DNA of 64,000 bases from Octopus vulgaris. Taxonomy: Eukaryota. This document shows, one piece after another, positions 37,285 to 50,255 of this stretch. How positions within the stretch are numbered: position 1 is the stretch's first letter; each line of letters starts with the position of its first letter. The notes under the pieces are model-generated. The model saw only the letters and a list, made by a program, of their open reading frames with translations. It made no database searches and was not told the DNA's origin. The stretch covers positions 133,300,001 to 133,364,000 of the forward strand of contig OX597814.1 in the NCBI GenBank assembly GCA_951406725.2. The letters run 5' to 3'. The position numbers were made by a program, and so were the translations under genes.

Positions 37285-39575
37285 CACCAAACAAGCAGGA
37301 GGAACCAAAAGTAATAAAAATTATTAATCTAACTCACAAGGAACTAACAGCAAACCAAATAAACATACTTTCCAAAGGACTCAAGTTTACACCCACCCCA
37401 CAACACCCCAACTACAATGAAATGAAAGAAGACATCGCAGAATTCTGCAGAAAATTAAGACTTACTGAGGAGCTATACGATAAATACAACGAGGACGAAT
37501 CGTTAGCCAGAAATAGGAGTAACTACACCCCCTCGAAAGGTAAGAATAAAACACTTGATGATTTCTGTGACCACATATCAAATTACCCATATCAACATAT
37601 GCACAAACAAAAACACAAACCAAACTTCAGCAAAAAAGAATGGGCTGAGTTGAACAAATTAAAACTAGATAAAACAATAACAATCAAAGAGGCCGATAAA
37701 GGGAGTGCTGTTGTCTTAATGGATACGACATTTTACATAACTTTGGTACTTTCTATGCTGGAAGACACAACATACTATGAAAAGGCACAAAACTACAGTC
37801 AACAAAAAATAATGAGGGAACTAAAATCCATATTAAACCCATACAAAGCAGGGCTCACCGACAAAGAATATGATTATATGACCAATTTCACAAGTAAAAC
37901 TAGCCAATTCTACGGTATACCTAAGATCCACAAAAGTGAAAAAATAAGCAACGCATGCAAGATAGCTACAGACAAAATAATTAAAGTCCCTAATCCTAAT
38001 GACCTCAAATTGAGACCCATAATAGCAGGTCCCGCATGCGAAACCCACCGCCTCAGTAACTTTTTAGACACCCTGTTAAAACCACTCCTCAAACATGTCA
38101 AAAGCTATATAAGGGACGACTTAGATATGCTCAATCACCTACCGAATACTATAAACAAAAACACCATACTGGTATCCTTCGATGTAGTCAACCTCTACTC
38201 CAATATCCCCCACAACCTAGGACTAGAGGCAATCCAATTCTGGCTAGAGAATCACGCCAACGAACTACCACACCGCATCAAAAAAGAATTTGTGATAGAA
38301 GGGGTTAAATTCATCCTGGAAAATAACTTCTTCGCCTTCAATGACAACTTCTACCGACAAAAATCGGGGACTGCGATGGGTACACGAATGGCCCCCTCCT
38401 TTGCCAACCTAGTCATAGGATACCTAGAGATCAGTCTGTATCGTAAGGTTCTAGAAAGATACGGCAGCCCTTTCTCCATCTACATAGAAAACAACTGGAA
38501 GAGATATCTAGATGACTGTTTCATCCTTTGGCATAAAAATATAGAAAAACTCATAGAATTCCAGAAAATTTTAAACGGACTGGACGTAAACATCCAATTC
38601 ACGATGGAATATAGCCAACAACAACTCCCCTTCCTCGATATCCTCATTAAGAAAGCTAATAATATAATAGAAACAGACATATACTATAAGCCTACAGACT
38701 CTAAGCAATATCTTCCATTCAATTCATGCCACCCCAGACACACCAGGATGAATATCCCCTTCAATCTAGCAAAAAGGATATGCACTATAGTCTCTAACGC
38801 AAACACCAGAGACACACGACTACAAGAACTAAAAGATACCCTAATCACCAGGAACTATCCACCTTCACTTATTGACAAGTGCATTCAACGTGCCCTTCAA
38901 CTTAACATCAAGGAACTGAGACATCCCAAATCAAAGAAAAACTTACAACCAAAAGCCTTACCATACATCTCCACACACAACCCTCTCAATAACGAAGCCT
39001 TCGACACCATCCTCCACAACATACCCCTCCTAAAAAAAGACCACAGAATGAACACAATCCTCCAAACACACACGATCATAAAAAGCAAAAGACAGCCTAG
39101 ATCCATGAAAAGTCTCCTTACACAAGCCCGAATTCACTCTTCAACACAGAAGCCGACAGTAAAAAAATGTGGAAGACCCAATTGCGGGATATGCGACTAT
39201 CTAATCGAGGGTTCTGAGTTCTCCTTCAAACAGGGACAACGGTTTACAGTGAAAAGCAACTTCACATGTGCTTCGGAGAACCTAATATACTCACTAACCT
39301 GCTCCGGGTGTCAAGAGCAGTACATAGGCCAAACAAAAAATGGTTTGCGTAAACGAATGGCCCTGCACAGATCCCAGATAAAAATTCCCCAAAACAGAAA
39401 AATAGCTTTTAGCCAACACATAGATACTTGCGCCAACAAAAAAACACCAAACTTCAGAATTTTCCCCCTCTACCAATTTAGGGACGATACAACCTCGAGA
39501 CAAAGAATAAGTAAAGAAAATCTCTTTATTACAAAATACAAGCCACTTCTTAACGGGTCTACGACAAACAATTAA
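37248..39575 (+). CDS. PLE reverse transcriptase + Zn-finger linker + GIY-YIG endonuclease, uninterrupted
   Basis: Frame is open upstream of ATG 37422 (IINLT...ILSKGLKFTPTP). Motifs: ADKG, YGIPKIHK, LRPII, SFDVVNLYSNIP, GTAMGT, RYLDDCF, CGRPNCGIC, NLIYSLTC...YIGQT...RMALH. Confidence 0.95.
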   Translation, partial: FRPNTQTQRHKIAPNKQEEPKVIKIINLTHKELTANQINILSKGLKFTPTPQHPNYNEMKEDIAEFCRKLRLTEELYDKYNEDESLARNRSNYTPSKGKNKTLDDFCDHISNYPYQHMHKQKHKPNFSKKEWAELNKLKLDKTITIKEADKGSAVVLMDTTFYITLVLSMLEDTTYYEKAQNYSQQKIMRELKSILNPYKAGLTDKEYDYMTNFTSKTSQFYGIPKIHKSEKISNACKIATDKIIKVPNPNDLKLRPIIAGPACETHRLSNFLDTLLKPLLKHVKSYIRDDLDMLNHLPNTINKNTILVSFDVVNLYSNIPHNLGLEAIQFWLENHANELPHRIKKEFVIEGVKFILENNFFAFNDNFYRQKSGTAMGTRMAPSFANLVIGYLEISLYRKVLERYGSPFSIYIENNWKRYLDDCFILWHKNIEKLIEFQKILNGLDVNIQFTMEYSQQQLPFLDILIKKANNIIETDIYYKPTDSKQYLPFNSCHPRHTRMNIPFNLAKRICTIVSNANTRDTRLQELKDTLITRNYPPSLIDKCIQRALQLNIKELRHPKSKKNLQPKALPYISTHNPLNNEAFDTILHNIPLLKKDHRMNTILQTHTIIKSKRQPRSMKSLLTQARIHSSTQKPTVKKCGRPNCGICDYLIEGSEFSFKQGQRFTVKSNFTCASENLIYSLTCSGCQEQYIGQTKNGLRKRMALHRSQIKIPQNRKIAFSQHIDTCANKKTPNFRIFPLYQFRDDTTSRQRISKENLFITKYKPLLNGSTTNN

Positions 39576-40412
39576 TATACCTCAACTTTAGAATAAAAGA
39601 AAAAAATATATATACACACACAAATACTACACTCCATAGAATCCATTACTAATCAGCCCCTTCATAGCTATATTTACACCCATTCATATTCTCCCTTCTC
39701 TGTTTTTTTCTTCTTCTTCTTCTTCATCATCATCGTTATCATCATCATCGGCGTCATCATCATCACCACCATCATCACCACCATCTTCTCCTTCTCCTCC
39801 TTCTTCTTCTTCTTCTTCTTCTTCTTCTTCTTCTTCTTCTTCTTCTTCTTCTTCTTCTTCATCATCATCGTTATCATCATCATCGGCGTCATCATCATCA
39901 CCACCATCATCACCACCATCTTCTCCTTCTCCTCCTTCTTCTTCTTCTTCTTCTTCTTCTTCTTCTTCTTCTTCTTCATCATCATCGTTATCATCATCAT
40001 CGTCGTCATAATCATCACCACCATCACCATCATCTTCTCCTTCTCCTTCTTCTTCTTCTTCTTCTTCTTCTTCTTCTTCTCCACCCCCTACCCCTTAAGT
40101 TTGTCACTAATGTTTTTTAGTATAACACCTACGCTAATTCTATAAACAATCCTGAATTGAACTGAGACTGCCAGCCGCCACTGACCATTCAAAATACGAC
40201 CATCAGGGCACTCCCAGATTCTCCCACCCCCTTTCCTCACCAGCCTTCCCTCTACTACCCTACCAAGAACTCACAACTACCTCGAACACACAAGTGCAAA
40301 CAAGGGAGTCAGAGAAAGGCAGAATGCCACTTAAATCTGAACACTACTATAGAAATATTCTTTTAAAAAAACTTTTCTTCTAATTTTTCTAAATTTAATT
40401 ATTTAATCGTTA

Positions 40413-40450
40413 CAGTTGAAAAGGTCTCAAAATGACCGAAACCGGTACTG
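40413..40450 (+). ncRNA. Minimal hammerhead, U3-A8 core variant, in the sense pLTR
   Basis: Stem I CAG/CUG, core UUGAAAA, stem II GGUC/GACC, GAAA, palindromic stem III ACCGGU, cut after GUA (40447). Confidence 0.78.
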
Positions 40451-40695
40451 AAATGTTCACTATAAAATTATTTTAGCATTTTCTATTTTTTACTTGTTTT
40501 TTCATATATATCAACTCGTGTGTTCCTTTTCACCCTTATACATATGTATATATATATATACATACATACATACATACATACATACATACATACATACATA
40601 CATACATACATACATACATACATACAAATATATATATAACTAGTGGTTTAGTCATTTTGATTGCTATATCTAGCATGCCGGTACTACTTGTTAGT

Positions 40696-40914
40696 GAGGC
40701 GGCGAGCTGGCAGAATCGTTAGCACGTCGGGCGAAATGCTCATCAGTATTTCATCTGTCGCTACGTTCTGAGTTCAAATTCCGCCGAGGTCGACTTTGCT
40801 TTTCATCCTTTCGGGGTCGATTAAATAAGTACCAGTTACGCTCTGGGATCGATATGATCGACTTAATCCGTTTGTCCTCTCTTTGTTTAGCCCCTTGTGT
40901 GTAGTAAAGAAATA
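40696..40914 (+). mobile_element. Full-length tRNA-derived SINE (Meta/MESC-like core) with a 16-bp TSD
   Basis: Head GGCGGCGAGCTGGCAGAATCGTTAG, B-box GAGTTCAAATTCC, core TTTCATCCTTTCGGGGTCGAT. TSD GGTACTACTTGTTAGT at 40680-40695 and 40915-40930. Confidence 0.92.
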
Positions 40915-41345
40915 GGTACTACTTGTTAGTATTATTAATTGATAATTTTTTTTTACCGTTACGGGTTCTTTTACGCATGCTACGCCACTGATATTGTTAT
41001 AAACAATAATATCCTCATGTATATTTATATATATATAATAGCAGAGATACCCGACCTTGCTCGGCATTAAAACGGCCTAATTTTTTTATTGTTTTAATTG
41101 TTTCAGTCATGTAACTGCGGCCATGAGGGAGCACCGTCTTCCGTAGAAAAGATCGACCACAGAATTTATTCTTTGTAAGACTAGTACTTATTCTATCAGT
41201 GTATTTTGCTGAACCACTAACTTATGGGAACTTAAATACAGTATCATCGTATGTCAATCAATGGTTTGGGTACAAACATAGACACACAGCCTTCTTTCAG
41301 TTTCCGTGTTCAATATACACGCACAAGGCTTTGGTCGGCCTCTGG

Positions 41346-41472
<127 letters not shown>

Positions 41473-41762
41473 TATATATATATTTATATTTAAATATTCT
41501 TTTATTCTTTTATTTGTTTCAGTCATTTGACTGCGGCCATGATGGAGCACCGTCTTTAGTCGAACAAATTGGCCGCAGGACATTATTAACCATACCAATA
41601 CCAATAGTCCCACTAACCTCATACATCCCATACACCATGCATATTCCAGTATTTATATCTATCTTAATTGCATCAGTTCCAGAACTGCTTACCTTCCTTG
41701 CACGTAATCTTTTCACTCAGATACTATTAGACCCAACACCGTTTGGAAATCGGTGTTCATTC

Positions 41763-41801
41763 AAAGTCAGTGATCAGCTCTGACGATACCGGTATGACTT
41801 T
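41763..41801 (+). ncRNA. Degenerate minimal hammerhead, G3-C8 core variant
   Basis: AAAGUCA-GUGAUCA-G cucuga C-GAUA-CCGG-UA-UGACUUU. 7-bp stem I and palindromic ACCGGU, but GAUA instead of GAAA. Confidence 0.6.
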
Positions 41802-41994
41802 CAATCTCTATAATGATTCATAATAATTATTTTTATACGTCATAATTCCACCTCAAATTACTTAATTGTACCTTTGCTTCCTTTAAAAAATTTTATTTTA
41901 TATATCTAATGTGCATTTTCTTTGTTTCCTTTTTACTCTTACCCTATTTATACCACGTGTAGTCTTTTTCTTTGAAACCTATTTCTATTATGCA

Positions 41995-42025
<31 letters not shown>

Positions 42026-42038
42026 ACATACATATATA

Positions 42039-42086
<48 letters not shown>

Positions 42087-42230
42087 TAAATATACATATA
42101 CAAATTTATATATGTATATACATATATTTATACATACATATGTATACAGATATACAAAGTGCATACATAGATGCATTCATCTATATGATATATAAAAAAA
42201 ATTTCTGAGATGAATGCATCTTTGTATTTA

Positions 42231-43518
42231 CGAGGAACGTTCTATAAGTAATGCCCCTGACCCACTTGCAGTTGTTTGATCTAGCTGACATTTTGCATGT
42301 GCAATTATTTATATCTTTATAGATTAAGTGGCAAATTACAGCTCTGAACTGATTGTGGTTTCTGATTTACAGGTGCTTGAACTGAGTCAAGTGTGAAATG
42401 GAGCCTGTTGAGTGTCGAGCTGTGATCCGGTTTTGTATTTGAAAGGACACACACCACGGGAGACTTTTGATGAAATGAAAGTAACTTGTGGTAATGATGC
42501 CCCATCATATGACCTTGTAAAACGCTGGAATCGTGAATTCAAACATGGTCGGAACTCTGTGGAAACAGCTCCCAGATCTGGTCGCCCCCATTCTGCCATT
42601 GATGAGGCATCTGTCCGTCAAGTTGAGGCTGCCATTTTGGAAGATCGACGCATAACTATTCGCCAAATAGCCCATAAGGTCAAGATTAGTACCGGGTCAG
42701 TGGAAACTATTATTCATGACCATTTGAGTATGCAAAAGGTGTCTGCCAGATGGATTCCCAGGCTGCTCACACCTTTCCAGAAGCAAGAACGCGTCGAGTG
42801 CTCGAGGATGAATTTGGAGATGTGCCAAGAAGATGAGTCAAAATTTTTCAAAAGACTGATAATACAGGATGGAACCTGGGTCCATCACTATGATCCAGAG
42901 ACCAAAGCCCAGTCAATGCAGTGGAAGCACCGTGACTCACCTCCTCCAAAGAGGCAAGTGTGCTGCCCTCCGCTGGCAGGTCATGCTCACAGTCTTCTGG
43001 GACCAGGACGGAGTAGTGATGACAGGTTTCCTGGCAAAGGGTACCACAATTACAGGAGCCTATTATGCTTCACTTTTGAGGAAATTAAGAGAAGCTATCA
43101 AAATCAAGAGGCGGGGCAAGATCAGCAAAGGCATCCTCCTCCTGTAGGACAACGCTCCGGTCCACAACTCGCGTGTCGCCAGATCAGAAGCACAGGCGTG
43201 CGGCTATGAACTCCCCCCCATCCCTCCTACACTCTTGACCTTGCACCCTCTGATTTTCACCTCTTCCCAGCCATGAAGTTGTTTTTGAAAGGAAAGCGTT
43301 TCCCAGATGATGCAGCCTTGATTTCTGAAGTCACTTCGTGGTTGGAGACCAAGCTGGGGTCTTCTACAAAAACGGTTTCCAGAGCTGCATCAAACGATGG
43401 GAGAAATGCATAATTCTGGGTGCTTCCTATGTAGAAAAAGACTAATAACTGTGCCAAGTTTCGTTGATCTACTGCTATAGGAAGTGGGTCAGGGGCATTA
43501 CTTATTGAACGCCCCTCG
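42231..43518 (+). mobile_element. Full-length (1288 bp) decayed mariner, irritans-like TIR
   Basis: ~37-bp TIRs CGAGG..CGTTC.ATAAGTAATGCCCCTGACCCACTT, TA on both sides. Transposase has frameshifts and a TAG at the QDN motif. Confidence 0.95.
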
Positions 43519-43710
43519 TACATTGTATACCATGGAGAATTTCATTAATATGGATTGAATGAATATATACATCGACCTTTTAATCTGTTTTTTTATATTC
43601 TTGTTTTTTTATATTCTTGAAGCTCTATCAGAGCGCTAATTGGTTGAGCTGTATAAAGTGGATATCTATATCACTTATTTCTTCATTGTTCTACATATGT
43701 ATACTTACAT

Positions 43711-43773
<63 letters not shown>

Positions 43774-43814
43774 CATACATATATATATATATATACATAT
43801 ATAACCATACGTAC

Positions 43815-43877
<63 letters not shown>

Positions 43878-44430
43878 TACATAATGAAAGTAATCGAAAT
43901 TGAAACCATATAATAGTGAAAATATTAATAGAGATGTTATTGTTTCACTTTTGACTCAATACGAAAATAGTATAAGAGATAAGAAATTGCTCTGAAGTAG
44001 AATTAGGCAAGAAGTTAAAAAATTTGGGAGCCCATGACAATGCATGGATCCTAAGTAAGGCACATGTAAAATTTGGATGAAAACCGTTGGGTAGCTCTCG
44101 AGTTTTAGTGATGCACACATACAGACAAACACACACACACATTCTCAGCTTTATATATATATTATAGTATATGATATATATATATATATATATATAAACA
44201 GTAAAAAATAAATACAGACATGGACAAGAACATGAAACACCAAAGGGACGACACAAGAACCACAGGACGGGACATTCGAAGCCCTCAGTCATCAGTGAAG
44301 AACCAGATCATCTTCGCAATTTCGGCTGATATATATATATATATATATATAATTGCAGCATGGAAGGTGTTTGTAATCCATTTAAGAAACACACAAAAGC
44401 CGTTCGATTCACTTCAACATTTAAGTTTAA

Positions 44431-44481
44431 TTTGTCAAAATATTTTCGTCGCTATAAGACCGCGACCTGTTCACTGACAAA
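44431..44481 (-). ncRNA. Minimal hammerhead, G3-C8 core variant
   Basis: UUUGUCA-GUGAACA-G-GUCGC ggucuuaua GCGAC-GAAA-AUAU-UU-UGACAAA. 7-bp stem I, 5-bp stem II, palindromic AAUAUU. Confidence 0.75.
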
Positions 44482-45111
44482 AATCCGTGCTGCACCTGAG
44501 AAAGTAACAGTTAGTTCGTTATATATATGTACGTAGGTATGTGTGTATGTATACATGCATGTATGCATGCATGTATGTATGTATGTACGTACGTACGCCT
44601 GTGTGTATGTAAGTATGTATGTATGTATGTATGTGTGTGTATATGCACGCACATGCACACTATAAACTTAAAGCTATAAACCTGTAGTGATGGATAGATG
44701 TAGACTGACCATTCATCGCAACAATATCAAATTTCAACCTCCCCGCCGAAACTAGGAAGTGATTTACGACCCTCACCCCTAAGACAAAACTCTAAAACCT
44801 ATTATCAGACATTTTAGAGTTTTGTCTTGGGGGTGAGGGTCGTAAATCACTTCCTAGTTTCGGCGGGGAGGTTGAAATTTGATATTGTTGTGATGAGTGG
44901 TCAGTCTACATTTATCCATCACTACATGTTTATAGCTTTAAGTTTATAGTGTGTATGTGCGTGTATATACACACACATACATACATACACACAGGCGTAC
45001 GTACATACATACATACATACATGCATACATGCGTGTATACATACATACACACATACATACGTACATATATATAACGAACTAACTGTTACTTTCTCAAATG
45101 CAGCACGGATT

Positions 45112-45162
45112 TTTGTCAGTGAACAGGTCGCGGTCTTATAGCGACGAAAATACTTTGACAAA
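45112..45162 (+). ncRNA. Minimal hammerhead, G3-C8 variant (one stem III substitution)
   Basis: Same fold with AUAC in place of AUAU. Confidence 0.68.
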
Positions 45163-47029
45163 TTAAACTTAAATGTTGAAGTGAATCGAACGGCTTTTGT
45201 GTGTTTCTTAAATGGCTTACAAACACCTTCCACGCTGCAATTGTTTTCGTTTCAGCACACGATCTCAGATCAAATCACTTGCTATGCAAGTACATCTCCG
45301 TAATATATATATATATATATATTCGTGTGTGTGTAGAGAGAGAGCGAAAGAGACATATAGATATACATATAAAAATATATGTGAGTGGTTTTGTGTGTGT
45401 ATCTTTGTGTTTGTATGTGTGTACGTGTGAGTGTGTGTGAGTGTGTGTATGTGTATGTGCGTGTGTGTGTGTGCGTGCGTTGTGCCTCAAGTCGACTGAT
45501 ACTTTAGGAATGAATTTGGAGTCAAAACTATAGTCACAGATCAAATAATCTTAAACGGGAAAACCAACACCGTTCTTTCAAACACCGTGTTTTGAAATTC
45601 TAGAATTTATAGTAATAATTCGCAATTGATGCCATACTGTAATTGTCATGCACTTATGATCGCTCTGTAATGTGAACAGCGTTCGTACTTGTATACACTT
45701 GATCTTGCAATTTTAATTCAACTTAACTATTTCAATCTATTCAAGTTGAATATCTGTTTAAATTCAAGTTGAGTATCAGTTGCTATTTTCACAATGGATG
45801 TCAATATTTTAATCTTTGGAGACAATATGGCATAAATTAGCTAATTTTTCCTTTGCGAAAATATTCTTGAAACGCACTTCATAACCGAATATATTTTGTG
45901 AACACGAAACTATATAAAGTTCGATATGATTATATTTTATACATGACTACATTATATTCAATGTAATCATGGGATAACGCCTTTAAAGAGTCACATCTTA
46001 CTTTCTATCGAATTCTTTCATGCTGACGTTTTGATGAAAAAAATTCATTACTACGAATACTTTCTTTCATGTAACTCTGTTGTATTGCTGGGTCAAATAG
46101 CTTATATGTATTAAGTATTTCATTATAATACGTCGCAGATAATCATGCAAAGATACACAGGCACACAATCAAAAGTGAGTCATAAATTAGATAGAGAGAA
46201 TTGATGATGATAAGCCTATATATTAAATGTTTCATGTAGCGATCTAACATATAAATGTTAATAAACTATCAATATTAAAATACTTCAACGTTAATATACT
46301 TAAATGATACTAAATGAACATACCAAAACTGAGACTGAAACAACGTTATTTAATACAAATTACTTGCGATAGCCAATATCTGTTCACTGAAATACATCAT
46401 TTATGTTTCGGAAAACGTTACTTGCATTACTCCTACGTATTCTAACCACACTTTAAGTAATTCTTTCGGTGGGATATCAACAGTATTTATCTAACTTGAA
46501 TACGAAAATCTAGTTTCCGATTATATGACAGACCTACTAAGGATAATTTATACGTAGGGATTCGACGATTACGATATGAGTGAGATAGGTTTCCTTCAAA
46601 AGGAAATTGGAAGAGGGATATTGGTATTAATTCTGAGTACTGTATGCTAATGAAACTCACTTTCTATATTCAGTATTTTGGGGCGGTGAACTGGTAGAAT
46701 CATCTAAGCGTCGAAAAAAAAAGGTTTTTCAGCTGTTCACATTCTCCGTTCAATTTCCGCCGAAGTCAACTTATGAAACCTGTCACGTACTGATGTCCTT
46801 GATATTGACTAGCCATCATGCCTCAAAATTTCTGGTCTTGTGCCTAAATTAGAAACCACTATTCAGCATTTAATTTGCAAAGTGAGAACTTATTTGTTGC
46901 ACATATCTTTACAGCCAGTTGAACTGATCTTATACGTATGTATGCATGTCTCTTCTATTTTATAATTATTATAATCTTCCACCGAGGAGGGAGCCGGTCT
47001 CCAACAAAGATACAAGGCGCCATCTTTGG

Positions 47030-47350
47030 AAAGTAGTTAACACAGACAAATTCACATTTGTAACTTGAGAAAAGGTTTGCATATTTTTACTGTTTCACTC
47101 ACAGATTGCACTTGTAATATATGAATTAGCCGGTCGATTTCTATTTCTGAACATCCCAATTTATCCAGATTCTCCTTTAAGCATTTACTAACAAAACCTA
47201 GTGCTAAAATTGTTGTTGGTATGAATATGAATTCATTATCTGGATATAGAAGCTGAACGTCTTGCAGCAGTTGTCCATAGATATCCTCTTTTACTTTGAT
47301 TTTCAAAGAGATATCTATATCTGCGTGGCAGCTGACCTCAATGATGGTAC
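47030..47350 (-). pseudogene. C-terminal restriction-like endonuclease fragment of an R2/R4-like non-LTR element
   Basis: TIIEVSCHADIDISLKIKVKEDIYGQL...FIPTTILALG fits the IIE.S.P......K...K...Y..L...IP....LG pattern. Confidence 0.75.
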
Positions 47351-47435
47351 GTATGTGTGTATGCATTTATACATACCTATATATATATATATATGCGTAT
47401 ATATGTATATCTATCTATCTATCTATCTCTTTCTT

Positions 47436-47479
<44 letters not shown>

Positions 47480-47703
47480 GGACTCAATAGAGAGGACTCA
47501 ATAGCAATTACACCCCCACCAAAGGTAAGAATAAAGCCTTAGACTGCTATTGTGACTACATAACTAATTTCCCGTTTCAATTCATCAAGAAACAAAAACA
47601 CAGCCCTAACTTCAACAAAAGAGAATGGAACGACCTCATCAAACTAAGAGAAGACAAAACAATAACAATTAAGGAGGCAGATAAGGGCAACGCGATAGTA
47701 ATA

Positions 47704-49541
47704 ATGAATACAAACAATTATAAAAATTTAGTGCTATCCCTATTAAGAGATGAAACGTATTATGAAAGGGCCCAACAGTATAACCAGCAAAAAATAATGC
47801 ATAACCTTAGGACATTAATCAACACATACCAAGAAGGACTCACGAACAAGGAGTATGAATACATCACTAACTTCAAATGCAAATCGAGTTTGTTCTATGG
47901 TATCCCTAAGGTACACAAAAGCCAAACCATTAGAGAAACGTGCAAAACATCCACCGACACACTCATCAAAATCCCTTCACCAAATGATATTAAACTAAGA
48001 CCGATAATAGCAGGACCAGCATGTGAAACTCACCGCCTCAGCAATTTCTTAGACACACTTCTTAAACCTTTCCTAAAACACATCAAAAGCTACGTAAGAG
48101 ACGATATAGATATGCTCAACCACCTCCCTAAAACAGTCAATGAGAAAACCCTTCTAGTATCATTCGACGTAGTTAATCTTTATTCTAACATCCCTCACAA
48201 CCTAGGAATAGAAGCGATCACCTTCTGGCTGAATAACTACCCCTTTGAACTCCCAACTCGCATAAACAAAGACCTTATAATAGAAGGACTTAGATTCATT
48301 TTAGAGAACAATTATTTTATTTTTGACAATGATTTCTACAGGCAAAGATCGGGAACAGCGATGGGCACGCGTACTGCACCATCTTTTGCCAACCGAGTGA
48401 TGGGATACCTCGAGAAAATACTATACCGGATGACACTCGAGAAATATGGAAACACCTTCGCCACCTATATCCATAACAACTGGAAAAGATACCTCGATGA
48501 CTGTTTCATCATCTGGGACAAAGGTATAGAGAAACTTGAGGAATTTAAAATACTATTAAATGGAATAAATGACAATATACAATTCACGATGGACCACAAC
48601 GAAAAAGAATTACCATTTTTAGACATCCTCATTAAGAAAACCGGCAACAAAATAGAGACAGATATCTACTATAAACCGACAGACTCTAAACAGTACCTAC
48701 CCTTTGATTCATGCCACCCACGACACACTAGAATGAATGTCCCTTTTTGTTTAGCTAGAAGGATTTGCACCATAATATCAGACACAAACACCCGACACAC
48801 ACGTCTCACAAATAGAAACTATCCACAGCCCCTAATAGACAGTGCAATCCAACGGGTACTTAAATTAAGTATAGAAGACCTGAGACAAACAAAACCAAAA
48901 AAGAAAGAACAATTAAAAACCCTTCCCTACATTTCTACACACAACCCACTCAACAATGAGGCCTTCAACACCATACTACAAAGCACAGCCCTACTAAAGG
49001 GAGACCCAAAGATGAACGGATCCTCGAAACACACACCATCATTAAAAGTAAACGGCAACCAAAATCCTTGAAAAGGATTTTAACCCAAGCTACACTGCAC
49101 TCAACATCAACCACAAAACCAGCAGTTAGAAAATGTGGAAGGCCCAACTGCGGAATCTGTGTCATCTTGAAAGAAGGATCAGAATTTATACTGGAACAAG
49201 GCCACCAGTTCACCATTAGAACAAACTTCACCTGCGCATCAGAAAACTTAATTTACGTCATAACATGCGCAGGCTGCAATAGGCAGTATATAGGCCATAC
49301 AAAAAATAGCTTACGTAACAGGATGGCGGTGCATAAATCACAAATTAGAAACCCTGATTACCGCAAAATACCGGTCAGCGGACACATAGATAGATGTGCT
49401 GGAAATGTAAATCCGAAATTTACAACTAACCCGCTCTATAAATTCAGTGACAACGCAACCTTCACACAACGCCAAAATAAAGAACTATATTTCATAAAAA
49501 AATTTAGACCAAGTTTAAACACCCTGGGCCAGGAATACTAA
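47704..49541 (+). pseudogene. PLE RT + GIY-YIG, one frameshift (~49020) and a short in-frame deletion
   Basis: YGIPKVHK, SFDVVNLYSNIP, RYLDDCF, CGRPNCGIC, NLIYVITC...YIGHT. Confidence 0.9.
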
Positions 49542-49704
49542 AACAAAAGATAAGTCCTCCGAAAAGGAGAAGTAAAATTCCACCACGACCGCTACTTCAA
49601 ACAGACACTCACTCTGACGGAAATATACCTAAGTAAAAAAGGGAAAAAATTCTTTCGTGCAAATCTGACCCTGATACACACGATACAGCTAAGGGTCACA
49701 CCCG

Positions 49705-50255
49705 ATTCTGATTGGTCAACAAGTTGATGACGTCTAGCTCAGCTAGAATGGACAGGATACAAACAGGGGACAGTCATTAGTCAGAATATTGATGACGTCC
49801 TTTTCTGCTTGAATAGTCACCTAACAAGTACACACACAGGGGGCAGATCTAATGTAGCTATAAGTCGTGATTGGGCAGAATCTGCATGACGTCCCGTTCT
49901 GCTTGACTAACGAAGCGACTGGTCAGGACAGGAAACAAACAAGAGGCAGTTATAATGCAGCGATTGGTCAAAATAATGATGACGTCCCGTTCTACTTGAC
50001 TAACGAAGCGACTGGTCAAAACAGGAAAACAAACAAGAGTCAGTTATAATGCAGCGATTGGTCAAAATAATGATGACGTCCCGTTCTACTTGACTAAAGC
50101 CACCTAACGAAACGATTGGTCAAAACGTTGATGACGTCACGCTACGCTAAATTGACCACCTAACAGGCATTATAAAACCGAGCACTTCACAAAAACTCAT
50201 TAGAACCACCCAGCGAACATCCACCATGGGTCATCACATTTGCTTAAGGTAAAAA
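49705..50255 (+). promoter_or_regulatory. Candidate pLTR Pol II promoter: repeated ATTGG + TGACGTC, TATA box, Kozak ATG, splice donor
   Basis: Six TGACGTC (perfect TGACGTCA at 50132-50139), most preceded by GATTGG. TATAAAA 50171-50177, CCACCATGG 50221-50229, AG|GTAAAA at 50249. Confidence 0.6.

Larger units (their letters stand above)
35255..40535 (+). mobile_element. Penelope-like element 2B (Neptune-type), near-intact, with ~1.3-kb inverted 3' duplication upstream
   Basis: Plus arm 36546->40535 carries ORF1, ORF2 and the pLTR. 35255-36545 is the reverse complement of ~39221-40510. Confidence 0.95.
44351..45303. mobile_element. ~890-bp palindromic non-coding PLE pLTR insertion
   Basis: Arms 44351-44797 and 44812-45242 with a 14-bp spacer. 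The right arm extends through GTTTCAGCACACGATCTCA to (TA)n. One hammerhead per arm. Confidence 0.88.

Noticed and set aside
33083-40084. Acidic E/D-rich and K/M-rich ORFs (33083, 33114, 35658, 35681, 39674)
   Set aside because: Translations of the (GAA)n/(GAT)n microsatellite on the antisense strand of the PLE pLTR.
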